Source: Octopus bimaculoides (taxonomy: Eukaryota). Taken from it: a stretch of DNA of 48,937 nt. Location of the stretch: assembly GCF_001194135.2 (NCBI RefSeq), contig NC_068985.1:71006526-71055462 (forward strand), written 5' to 3'. Every line of letters begins with the position of its first letter. Positions within the stretch are counted from its first letter, which is position 1. The notes below the pieces were generated by a model that was given only the letters and a program-made list of their open reading frames with translations, searched no databases and had not been told where the DNA came from. A program made the translations under genes and the position numbers. Positions 12,160 to 23,623 of the stretch are shown in pieces.

Positions 12160-15100
12160 TCTAAGAAGCGGTGCACGGTACAGAATTTTCGACTCTAGTC
12201 ATATGTAACAAGCTATTCCAAATCGTTGTTTGAGTATCCGCAGAAGTGGAATTGAGACCATTCAGTTTGTACTGGCATCGAAGCGTAGCAGTTGTAATAA
12301 CCAACCAGTTCGTGAAGCATGACATCCATATTCTCCTTCTCGTTCCTCTGCTTCTTTTCTCTTCAATCATTCCAGTCATCGCTAAGTTCTCCAGGCCTGC
12401 TTTTCTCATCACATGATCAAGTTGCTTGGCTCTTCTTAGTTGCCTGACCCTTATCTCATGAAGTAGTTTCCTATTTACTGCAGTCCAGTTCATCACTTTT
12501 TTCATTAGACACTTTATCAATATTCTCCTTAAGAACAACATTTCACAGCTCTCCAAGCACCATCTCTTTTCTGATGTTAGAGACCGTGTATCACTTCCAT
12601 ACAATAACGCAGAGTACACAACAGCTCAATATACGAATATTGGTCTTGATGCTCGAAGTACAGTTTCTCAGGGCGTACAATTTTGCGAAGGCAGATTTTG
12701 CCAACACTATTCGTCTTTTTGATATCCTTCACACATCTTGCATCTTCTATGATCAAAGTTCAAAAGAAGTTTGAGGATGATACTTGCTTAATAATTTGAT
12801 TATTCACTTTCAGCATGCACTGTGGGTTTCCCTTCTTTGTTACCACCACACATTCCGTCTTCTTGCAATTTGTGAAGAGCCCATTCCTCTCACTTTCTCT
12901 GACCCCCTACATCCAGAAGCCTCTGAAATTCTTTTTCTGATTTTTCACGTAAGACTATCATTTGCATATCTTATATTTCTGCCTCCTACCCTAAGGTCTT
13001 AATCCTTCTCCAATTCTCTTATAATCATTTCTCTATAGTTATTGAAGAGATATGATGACATAAGCCACTCTTGTCTAACCCCTCTCTTATTGCTAGTCTA
13101 GTCACTACATTCTCCATCCACCTTTATGCACGCAGATTGGTTCTTGTACAGACTCTGCAAGATTCGCAAGCAAATGTTACTGAGTTCTTTAAATAACATG
13201 TCTTGTCTTACTGTGTCGAAGGCCTTTGTGTAATCTACGAAACACATGAAGACGACTTTCTGCATCTCCATTCTCCGTTCCGTTATCAATCTCAATACGA
13301 AGATAGCATCCCAAGTAACAGCACCCTTTACAAAGCCAAACTGTGTTTCTCAGAATGATCTTTGTACCATGACTCATGAGACTAATCGTACGATGTTGTT
13401 CACAGTCCACCGCTGCTGTTTTCTTCGTGAATGCAATGAAGATGGATTTACTCAGATCTTCTGGAAATCCCTTATCATCATAGATTTTGATAATTACATT
13501 TGTCAGTTTTCTTATTTTATATTCCTCTAATGCTTTTACGATCTCAATGATAATTCCATCTGGTCCAATAGTTTTGTTGCTTCATCTTGATGACTGTCTG
13601 TACTTCAGATGGCAGGTTCTTTGGACAACCATAAGATTTTTAAAAAACTAGGCAAAGTTTCTCTCGCATCATGAAATGAGTCTCCTATATACTCTGCCCA
13701 TCTATTCAATATGTCAATCTTCTCGACTTACAAGGCGGCGAGCTGGCAGAAATGTTAGCACGCCGGGTGAAATGCTTAGCAGTATTTCGTCTATCTTTAT
13801 GTTCTGAGTTCAAATTCCGCCGAGGTCGACTTCGCCTTTCATCCTTTCGGGATCGATAAATTAAGTACCAGTTGCGTACTGGAGTCGATATAATCGACTG
13901 GCCACCTCCCAAAATATTTCGGGCCTTTTGCCGAGAGTAGAAACGAATCTTCTCGACAAACACGGTACCATACTTTGCTTTGATACATCCGGAGTTTGAG
14001 CATCATGACTTTCTGTCAGAGGTCCCATTTATGCTCTGATCTACTCTGTGTCATACTACCGATCGCCTTCCAATTTCTTCACACTGTCCATTCAGCCAGG
14101 TTTCTTTAGTCTCCCTACACTGCCATTTAATCGGTCTGTACAGCTCCTTCTACTCTTTGGATTTCCTCCGCCTGATCTTCCATCTCTTACTTACCATTGA
14201 AAGGATCTCCTCAGTAATTCATTCATTTCTTATTGTTTTTCCTTTTTCTTCAGCAGGATTTCCTGGGCTGTTTCTACCAAGGTGTTTCTCATTACTTCTC
14301 CGATAATCTCCTCGCCATTATCAATCAGCTGTTTAAATCTGTTCCTTACATTGGTGGAATACTCCAGCTGCACCTTTGGCGTATTCAGCCGCTCAATATT
14401 CAGTTTCTTTGTATTTCTTGTTCTTTTCAACTTCTTTAATTTACACTGGAGTATGCATACCACAGGTATATGGTCGCTTCCACATTGATCCTTCAACCAT
14501 GTGTTTGTAATAATCATATTCTCTACTTCACACCACCATATCCGTCCCTCACTTTTATCATTTTTCAAGCCAATTCCATACCGACCAACTGCTTTGCCAT
14601 TCTGTCCATGACTAACCTTTGCATTCAGATGTCCTTTGATGATATTGATTTCATCTGTGTTGTACTGAGACTTGGCTTCCGTCAAGGTTTCATAGAAAGC
14701 ATCAACCTCCTCTTCTGTGCTACCTGCTGTGGCTGCGTAAACAACTGCGATGGGAAATGATAAGTGAATGACTATGCAGTTTAACAAGCAGGACTCTTTC
14801 ACTTACCATCCAGTCATCAAGGGCACATTTTGCCATATCAGGATCTAAAAGTAGTCCTGCTCCATTTTCATGTTTGTTACCACCTGTATCATCGATGATA
14901 AAGGCATCATTATTCGGCCACTTTATTTCATTTATGGCCGTTTATTAGCATTCTCACAAGCTTGGCACTATGATATAAAGTTCTCACATTCGAAGTTTAA
15001 CCACTTCTGGTACTTCTGTTGCTAACAATACTCTGCAGTCAGGACCCACCTGTTGCTCATGGGATACCCTATCGGCCGTGGAGTGGTCCTCATTAGACAG

Positions 15101-15190
15101 ACAAGCCCTCTTCATACCGTTTTATTCCAGCATTGAATTGCGACTCACCCTAATTGTCCTTAGGGATTGGAATTGTAAAGTTTTGAAGTA
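12160..15190 (-). mobile_element. Near full-length, degenerate RTE-clade LINE (AP endonuclease + RT)
   Basis: APE motifs VYAATAGSTEEEVDAFYETL and DHIPV. RT motifs RTISLMSHGTK, FVDYTKAFDTV, GVRQ and RYAND (decayed YADD). C-terminal SALLYGSDT...ESCEMLFLRRIL. Many stops and frameshifts; interrupted by a SINE at 13728. Confidence 0.92.
13728..13945 (+). mobile_element. Full-length SINE family B with 12-bp TSD
   Basis: aaggcggcgagctggcagaa...ttctgagttcaaattccgccgaggtcgac (B-box-like)...ttcatcctttcgggatcgataaattaagtaccag. Flanked by aatcttctcgac at 13716-13727 and 13946-13957. Confidence 0.92.
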
Positions 15191-15259
15191 GTTTCCCGTT
15201 CCCTTCTTCACTGCAGCGTTAGCATATCATATAGTTAGCATATCAAGGTTAGCATATCA

Positions 15260-15342
15260 TATACATACGTACATACATACATACATACATACATACATAC
15301 ATGCATGCATACATGCATGCATGCATACATGCATACATATAT
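15260..15342. repeat. (ATAC)n/(ATGC)n microsatellite
   Basis: Directly visible. Confidence 0.95.
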
Positions 15343-15380
15343 AAATGGAGTTAAACGCAGGTGTTATTCAAGTCTTTTTA

Positions 15381-15469
15381 CTTCCGACATATGTTTCGAA
15401 GAAAACTTTGGTATTATTCCAGAAGGAATAAAATGATGTAAAACAATGCAATCTTCTCATCAGGGAAAG
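15381..15469 (-). ncRNA. Type I hammerhead ribozyme motif (minimal, Penelope/retrozyme-like)
   Basis: Minus strand: UUUCC-CUGAUGA-GAAGA-(long loop)-UCUUC-GAAA-CAUAUG-UC-GGAAG. Core intact, 5-bp stem I, 5-bp stem II with G10.1-C11.1, palindromic stem III ACAUAUGU, GUC cleavage triplet. Confidence 0.72.
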
Positions 15470-15753
15470 AAAGAAATCAAACACATCAATAAAACATTTT
15501 AACAATGTGATGAGCGCTTATATGATGAAGGGAACACTAGCAAGGGTTTTGTTTTTTTTTTAAACCTTTAGTAGTTATTTATTTATATTATACAAAACAT
15601 TTTACCTAAACCTGGAGTTTCTACTTCTATAAGTACACTGTTACATCCTTGGTACTTGTGTGAATTTTTGCTGCCCTGGTAACTATTTATTTGTAAAAAT
15701 TGAAAAAACACACATGCATTTATATACATATATATATATGTGTGTGTGTGTGT

Positions 15754-16059
15754 NNNNNNNNNNNNNNNNNNNNNNNNNNNNNNNNNNNNNNNNNNNNNNN
15801 NNNNNNNNNNNNNNNNNNNNNNNNNNNNNNNNNNNNNNNNNNNNNNNNNNNNNNNNNNNNNNNNNNNNNNNNNNNNNNNNNNNNNNNNNNNNNNNNNNNN
15901 NNNNNNNNNNNNNNNNNNNNNNNNNNNNNNNNNNNNNNNNNNNNNNNNNNNNNNNNNNNNNNNNNNNNNNNNNNNNNNNNNNNNNNNNNNNNNNNNNNNN
16001 NNNNNNNNNNNNNNNNNNNNNNNNNNNNNNNNNNNNNNNNNNNNNNNNNNNNNNNNNNN
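15754..16059. other. Assembly gap
   Basis: Run of N flanked by (TG)n and (TA)n. Confidence 1.
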
Positions 16060-16314
16060 ATATATATATATATAAGATCCAAGAATCGAGCTGTTGGAAG
16101 AAAGTTAACTTCAAGCAATCCGAAGTAAATATAAAAAGACAGCTTTCAGGGACAATAGCAGTTTATTGAGAGGGAAGGTTGTGGATTTGCTTTACTTAGC
16201 GAAATACGATAAATTGAAAAAAAGTTCTTTTTATATTTCACCGTAGGTAAAACGGGTTGCCGGGTATGCGAATAAGAATACAAGAGTTAAGGAATAGAAA
16301 AGATAAGATTCGGG

Positions 16315-16565
16315 CTACATATGTTTCGTAGTGAGCAGAATCACGGAAGTGGTAAATATCCAAGCGAGGTGTATAGCGCAGGCTACTTTTCACATCAAGG
16401 ATGTCTTTGTAAATGAAAGTTTACATTGTCGCAAGGTGGTACATGTTAACACATGGAAGATTCAATCAGAATGTGATATCCTTGGCCTGATGAGTCCCCA
16501 GTGGTATACTCTCCGCTTGGATGTTTACCACTTCCGAGATTCAGCTCGCTATGAGACATAGCTAT
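16315..16565. mobile_element. ~245-bp inverted-repeat unit (MITE-like or Penelope pLTR-derived) with decayed hammerhead cores in the arms
   Basis: 16320-16375 tatgtttcgtagtgagcagaatcacggaagtggtaaatatccaagcgaggtgtata is an inverted match to 16505-16560. CTGATGAG lies at 16487 (+) and CGAAACATATGTA on the minus strand at about 16316-16328. Confidence 0.7.
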
Positions 16566-16639
16566 CCTGGATCTTATCTACTCCATTCCTTAAGTCTTGA
16601 ATATATGTATGTATGTATGGGAGAATTTACGAAAAAAAA

Positions 16640-16790
16640 ACAACAGACGAGGACAGGTGGTGTAAAGAAAAGGGTGTATTAGTTTAACACTCGGGAATAG
16701 AGAAAGTATTTAACATTTCGAGCTACGCTCTTCAACAGAAAGAATACGGAGAAAACAAGGAGAAAAACACGGAGAAAAAAAATTGAATGT
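16640..16790 (-). mobile_element. Penelope-type repeat fragment with degenerate minimal hammerhead (16708-16741)
   Basis: Minus strand ttt-CTGTTGA-A-GAGC-gta-GCTC-GAAA-TGT-T-aaa. The layout is a hammerhead, with A6>U and C15.2>U changes. Confidence 0.5.
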
Positions 16791-16818
16791 TTTGGTCAGC
16801 GATCTATCATGTATGTAT

Positions 16819-17660
16819 NNNNNNNNNNNNNNNNNNNNNNNNNNNNNNNNNNNNNNNNNNNNNNNNNNNNNNNNNNNNNNNNNNNNNNNNNNNNNNNNNN
16901 NNNNNNNNNNNNNNNNNNNNNNNNNNNNNNNNNNNNNNNNNNNNNNNNNNNNNNNNNNNNNNNNNNNNNNNNNNNNNNNNNNNNNNNNNNNNNNNNNNNN
17001 NNNNNNNNNNNNNNNNNNNNNNNNNNNNNNNNNNNNNNNNNNNNNNNNNNNNNNNNNNNNNNNNNNNNNNNNNNNNNNNNNNNNNNNNNNNNNNNNNNNN
17101 NNNNNNNNNNNNNNNNNNNNNNNNNNNNNNNNNNNNNNNNNNNNNNNNNNNNNNNNNNNNNNNNNNNNNNNNNNNNNNNNNNNNNNNNNNNNNNNNNNNN
17201 NNNNNNNNNNNNNNNNNNNNNNNNNNNNNNNNNNNNNNNNNNNNNNNNNNNNNNNNNNNNNNNNNNNNNNNNNNNNNNNNNNNNNNNNNNNNNNNNNNNN
17301 NNNNNNNNNNNNNNNNNNNNNNNNNNNNNNNNNNNNNNNNNNNNNNNNNNNNNNNNNNNNNNNNNNNNNNNNNNNNNNNNNNNNNNNNNNNNNNNNNNNN
17401 NNNNNNNNNNNNNNNNNNNNNNNNNNNNNNNNNNNNNNNNNNNNNNNNNNNNNNNNNNNNNNNNNNNNNNNNNNNNNNNNNNNNNNNNNNNNNNNNNNNN
17501 NNNNNNNNNNNNNNNNNNNNNNNNNNNNNNNNNNNNNNNNNNNNNNNNNNNNNNNNNNNNNNNNNNNNNNNNNNNNNNNNNNNNNNNNNNNNNNNNNNNN
17601 NNNNNNNNNNNNNNNNNNNNNNNNNNNNNNNNNNNNNNNNNNNNNNNNNNNNNNNNNNNN
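16819..17660. other. Assembly gap
   Basis: Run of N. Confidence 1.
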
Positions 17661-17699
17661 TATATACATAGTCAGGAGATATATATATATACTGAGAAG

Positions 17700-18172
17700 A
17701 AAAGGGAATGCTGCATCGTTCCAGATTGTCTTTTAGTTTGTCTTTGAAGCGCAAGAGTGGCCTTCCAACTGACCTTCCTGTCGGGAATTGGTCAAAGAGA
17801 ACTTGCTTCGGAATTCTGATATCACTCATACGTGAAAGATGACCTAGCCACCTAAGCTGTATTTTGATGAGGATGGCTTCAATACCTGAAATGTTGCATT
17901 TTGTAAGTACCTCGCTGTTATGAATATGGTCGCTCGGTTTTATGTTGGAGATAGTATGCAGGCATCGCTTATGAAAAGCGTCAGGCTGATTGATGTGCTT
18001 TCGGTACAAAGTCCAAGACTCGGCACCATAAAGCAATATTGTCAAAACCAGCGACTTATATACATTAACTTTCACCTTCAACGATTCGTCGTGACTGTTC
18101 CACAGCCTGTGATAAAGCTTACCGACACCGGAGCTAGCCTTCTCGATTCTGGATTCGATTTCTTTATCCATG
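17700..18172 (-). mobile_element. RTE/BovB-like LINE, C-terminal ORF fragment
   Basis: DKEIESRIEKASSGVGKLYHRLW...LLYGAESWTLY...QLRWLGHLSRMSDIRIPKQVLF...RSVGRPLLRFKDKLK. Confidence 0.92.
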
Positions 18173-18228
18173 TATGTTTGTATGTATGTATGCATGTATG
18201 TATGTATGTATGTATGTANNNNNNNNNN

Positions 18229-18270
<42 letters not shown>
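18173..18270. repeat. (TATG)n and (TG)n microsatellites with 10-N gap
   Basis: Directly visible. Confidence 0.95.
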
Positions 18271-18272
<2 letters not shown>

Positions 18273-18565
18273 TAGTTTATACAAATCGAAAACCATATCA
18301 ATATACTTATGGTTATGTTTATCTATAGGTACTTGATGATTTGTCAAATAAGAGAAAAAGACTTCTAAGCAGAGTTAGAATGAAAGTCAGAGGAGTTACA
18401 CAAGTGATAGCATTACAATATCAGTCTGTTTTTCTTGCATCAACAAAACACACAAAATGAGAATTCCGGAACGCCCGATGTGCATCATCAGCTGCATTTT
18501 CTCTGTCGCTTTCACACATACACATTCTCTTGCAATCTCACTCACATTCATGCACACATACGCGC

Positions 18566-18608
<43 letters not shown>

Positions 18609-18704
18609 GTTTCTTTCAATTTATCTTAGTTACTTGATTTCTTTCTCTTCTCTTCCCAATCTCTCCCCACTCTCCTATCATTGTATCTAACATATAATTT
18701 CTTT

Positions 18705-18743
<39 letters not shown>

Positions 18744-18750
18744 GTATATA

Positions 18751-19356
18751 NNNNNNNNNNNNNNNNNNNNNNNNNNNNNNNNNNNNNNNNNNNNNNNNNN
18801 NNNNNNNNNNNNNNNNNNNNNNNNNNNNNNNNNNNNNNNNNNNNNNNNNNNNNNNNNNNNNNNNNNNNNNNNNNNNNNNNNNNNNNNNNNNNNNNNNNNN
18901 NNNNNNNNNNNNNNNNNNNNNNNNNNNNNNNNNNNNNNNNNNNNNNNNNNNNNNNNNNNNNNNNNNNNNNNNNNNNNNNNNNNNNNNNNNNNNNNNNNNN
19001 NNNNNNNNNNNNNNNNNNNNNNNNNNNNNNNNNNNNNNNNNNNNNNNNNNNNNNNNNNNNNNNNNNNNNNNNNNNNNNNNNNNNNNNNNNNNNNNNNNNN
19101 NNNNNNNNNNNNNNNNNNNNNNNNNNNNNNNNNNNNNNNNNNNNNNNNNNNNNNNNNNNNNNNNNNNNNNNNNNNNNNNNNNNNNNNNNNNNNNNNNNNN
19201 NNNNNNNNNNNNNNNNNNNNNNNNNNNNNNNNNNNNNNNNNNNNNNNNNNNNNNNNNNNNNNNNNNNNNNNNNNNNNNNNNNNNNNNNNNNNNNNNNNNN
19301 NNNNNNNNNNNNNNNNNNNNNNNNNNNNNNNNNNNNNNNNNNNNNNNNNNNNNNNG
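18751..19356. other. Assembly gap flanked by (TA)n/(TATG)n
   Basis: Run of N. Confidence 1.
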
Positions 19357-19435
19357 TATGCATGTATGTATGTATGTATGTATGTATGTATGTATGTATG
19401 TATGTATGTATATATTTTATTTTATTTATTTATGT

Positions 19436-19474
19436 GTTTCAGCCAAGTGGCTGCGGTCATGCTGGTGCACCACC
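19436..19474 (-). mobile_element. SINE family A 3' tail fragment
   Basis: Reverse reads cggtggtgcaccagcatgaccgcagccacttggctgaaa, matching ggtggtgctccagcatggctgcagtc at about 23978. Confidence 0.55.
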
Positions 19475-19544
19475 GTGAATATATGCATATACGTGAATAT
19501 ATGCATATACGTATGTATGTATTATTTATGTTATCACACCCGCC

Positions 19545-20538
19545 TTTCTTTTTGTTTCCTCTCGCCATCTCACTCAAACCTTCTCATTATGTCAACCTCC
19601 ATCCCTATTTCTTTCTCTAATTCTTTCTCTCTATTTCTCTTTCTCTTTCTTTCACTCTCTCTCCCTCTCACACGCGCTTTTTCGTTTCCTTCTCATTCTT
19701 TCTTCCCGTTACATTCACTGTTTATTTTTCTCTCACTCCCTTCTTCTTCCACACACTTTTCATTACTCTCTCTCCAGTTCTCTTTCCCCCTCTCTCTCTC
19801 TCTCTCCTATTTACCCATCTGTCACTCTGTCTCACCATACTCCTTCTCTTCGTATTACCTCCCTTTCCTCCTCGTTTTCCTTCTATATTCTATCACCTTT
19901 CTTTCACCTCTCTCTTTCTCTTCCCCTCTTACACACATTTTCTTACGTCTCTACTTTATCCTTTAATCCTTTCTCACTGTCCTTCTTTTTTTCTCTCTTT
20001 CTATTTATCTTTCTTTGGTTTACACACATTTTTTACTCCCCCCCCTCTCTCTCTCCCTATAACTCCCTCTCTCTCTCCCTATAACTGCCTCTCTCTCTCT
20101 CCCTATAACTCCCTCTCCCTCTCTTTCTCTTACACTTTTATTTTCATTGCTTCTCTCTTCATCGCCCTATTTTCTTCCTATATACTCCTTCATATTCTCT
20201 TTCTCTCCTTGTGTGTCTCTTTGTCCCTTTCTCTCCCTTTCTCCTGCTTTCTCTCACTCTCTCTCTCTCTCTTTCTCAATCTCTGATTCCCTCTTTCCCT
20301 TTCTTTCTCTCACTTTCTCTCATTTTTTCTCTCTTTCTTTCTCTCTCTCTCTCTTTCTTTTTCTCTCTCTCTTTCTCTCATTCTGTCCCTGTTTATTTAT
20401 TTCTCCCTCTCCTTTTCTCTCTCTCACTCACTCTCTCATTCACACTCTCTCTTTATCTCATTCATTCTCTCTCTTTCTCTCTCCGTTTCCCTTTCTCTCT
20501 CTCACTCTCTCATTCTTTCTCTTTTTCTCTCTCACACG

Positions 20539-20600
<62 letters not shown>
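19545..20600. repeat. ~1-kb degenerate (CT)n polypyrimidine tract, including three ~22-bp ctctctctccctataactcc units near 20045-20115
   Basis: Plus strand is almost exclusively C/T. Confidence 0.92.
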
Positions 20601-20894
20601 CTCATTGTTTTTCATACATATCGCTTTGAGATATCACTAAGAAAGAATTCATTCTAAAAGTTATCTGTTCAAAAAAAAAAAAAAAGGAAAAAGGTAAAGA
20701 ACGTCGCCTGGCAAATATTCGATTGAAATTCAAGTAGCAATGGAGATATCCAGCTTAGTAGGTCTTTGAGGTGAACAATACTCACAAAATAGAGTTTAGC
20801 CTGAAGGAATTCGCAAAGAGAAATTGGTGCCAAAACGTTTATAACTTAATTTGCATTCTGCTGAGAATTTAAAAGAAAGATCTATTTCTTCTTC

Positions 20895-21130
20895 TGGTTG
20901 CCGATGTTGACACTGTTGTTAGTGTTGCTGTTGCTGAGGCTGCAGTTGTTGATGTTGCTGTTGTTTATGATGGTGGAGATGGTAGTAGTAGTAGTAGTCG
21001 TTGTGGTAGCGGAGGTGGTTATCATGATATTATCGGTTGTGATGTGGGTAGTATTGCTGTCTATTCCTTGGCACAGCGAATTCATTATCATTATTATAGT
21101 TGTTGTTGCTGTTGTTGTTGTTGTTGTTAA
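20895..21130. repeat. Degenerate (GTT/GAT/GTA)n low-complexity tract
   Basis: Directly visible trinucleotide-derived sequence. Confidence 0.8.
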
Positions 21131-21189
21131 TATTATAGCGTTTATTAAAAAGCTGCTGCCGTCGAGAAATAGATTAAGAGCAGGAGTTA

Positions 21190-22860
21190 GCTAGAAGAAG
21201 CGATTGGTTTACTAATCACCGACATGCCAGCGGTGAGAATAGCTCTCGGCCATTTCTTCAACGCCGAGGACGATACCCGCATTTTCTGAAGGAACGAAAG
21301 AAGTTCAATGGGCTTGGATATGGGAGGCGTAACGTGGCGAGAAAGCCACAATCAAATCTTCATCGGACCGAGAGTGGTGTGTGCTAATCGGTTCCATGTA
21401 GATGTATGCAACGTTCTAGCAGCACTTTGCTCAAATGTTCAGAGGAAGCGATAGTGCAGAGATGCTTATGAACTTATAATGTCTACCTCGACGGCCTGAC
21501 GCAGCTCTTAGCCGAAGACACGAGTTACTACAGAAGGGCAATAATATTAACGATATGCGGAAGGTAGCGAGATTTGGGGAAAGGGACAAAGCGCAAGGTG
21601 TGGATAGTCTGCACTATGGGTTGTAAAGTAACATCTTGGCAGGCGTTCCCAGCAACTAGCAGTAGACTTCTAGAATTTCCAGTTCTATGAACCGAAGCAT
21701 GTTAACCTTCCAGGGAAAAAATACCAACAAAGGTAATTTCTAACTCATAATTCAGTTGAATGTAGAGTAAAAGAGTTTGTTCAAGGTATTGATAACGATG
21801 ATGGTACTTGTCGTCGATGGTTTGGTTAAGGAAACGCCAAATTGTGCAAGTCCCAACAGATCTATCTACGATACATCAACGAGTAAGTGAAAACCAGCCC
21901 TGGCTTTTGTAAACAGTGACCAGTCTGGATTAGAAGAAAGCTTTTGATTGTCTTAATCGTCGCCAGTAGACCGACATTTTAACCCGTTTTCAGAGGTCAC
22001 AGCAATACTCACTGGCATTGCTCAGTCACCTTGCGGCATCTTTTCATATCCCGCACTCGAATGTAGGGGCGTCATCTCTCGTCTCTTCTATAAGGGCCAT
22101 GAAGAGTAAACTTATGACCAAAGACATACTGTGATCATTCCATGATTTTGGTATACCTCCAACTCCATTGTCCCTTTTTAGAACGGCGGGATGTAACTTG
22201 ATGGAAGTTTCGTTGCAACTTCCCGAAGATCTATCAAGCACATTCTGATGGTGATAGGACATTTCACACCCGTCTGTCTTGAAAGACTATAGAGCGTGCA
22301 CCACTTGTCAGCCAGGATTTGAGCTCCAGCAAAACACGTGTGGCGCAACCACCTCTCATGCAATTGCTTCTACTTTCACTATAGAACTGATATGATCTCG
22401 CGTGAATATAAGCTGTGTGTCCATTAAAATTCTGAAGTCAGAAAAACACTTCTTGGCTTTACTGATGCAGCCTAAAGGGATACAGAATAGTAAGTTTTTC
22501 AATAAGCTGGCTGCCAAAGGGGCCAGAATTCCAAATTGAATACCAGTCGACTTTAGGAACGTCAGAAGATTTAATTCTTAGCTTTGTCCCATAAAGCAGT
22601 AAGCTTATTTACTTACATTTGGCGGGGCTTGTACATAAACGAGCAGGAGTCAGATGAGTCTAAGATTCCTGTCAGGCAAGGTCGTCAATCACTGAAGTAG
22701 TTTCGTAAATACTAGTGGTGGTGTTCTGTTATTGTCGAGATGGAGGAAGAAAAGTCCAGGTTGTCTGCCACACGACTAAGCAACTTCCAAATATCCATTG
22801 CTGCAAATATACCATGCTTTTAGCTCACTCTTGACCTGGGCGTAAACAACGACTTGAAAA
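21190..22860 (-). mobile_element. Possible very old CR1/L2-like LINE remnant
   Basis: Patchy minus-strand peptides (HPAVLK...IPKSW; IKSFL; SAARTL; LLSFLQK; HRWHVG) occur in the order expected for a CR1/L2 RT. Similarity is weak and judged by eye. Confidence 0.35.
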
Positions 22861-23424
22861 AAAAAATTAATTGCATTGTATCTAGCTTCATATGAAACAT
22901 TTCTCAATTTACATTCTGCACGTTGTTACTCACTTCTTTCATTGATCCTCAAGAGGTATCGATAAAAATAATTACCAATAATATTGTCAATGGGGTGATC
23001 AATCGAGCTGACAACAATATTAACACATCACACAACAATTATTGATCTTGTGCCTAGTTGCCTACTGAAAACAAAATCAATTTTTAAAACTACATATTGA
23101 TTCATCACTTGGAATAAAAAATAAATTAATTAAATAAACAAACATAAAGAAAAACCCGATTTCCATTATTTGGAGGAAGAAAAAATCCAATATCTGTTTG
23201 ATTTCAAATGATATAATATTTATAGATCATTTTGCTTAGTTATAAATTTGCAAAGTTAGAATTATTAGTCAGAGTTTCAAACATCTAAACTGCTAAATTG
23301 TAATCAATGCTTCAATGTAAAAAAAAACAACCTTTTCTCAATTAATGTAGAGAAGATAATTTCTACAATCAGTATGCATAGTTCGTCCTTCTCCACTTCT
23401 CTCACTTTTCTCTTCCGCTGTCTA

Positions 23425-23513
23425 TATATATATATATATATATACATAAACATACAAATATATATATATATGCGTGTGTGTGTATATATATATATATGTA
23501 TATATGCATATAC

Positions 23514-23602
<89 letters not shown>

Positions 23603-23622
23603 CATATATGCATATATATATA
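23425..23622. repeat. (TA)n/(TACATA)n microsatellite
   Basis: Directly visible. Confidence 0.96.
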
Positions 23623-23623
23623 T

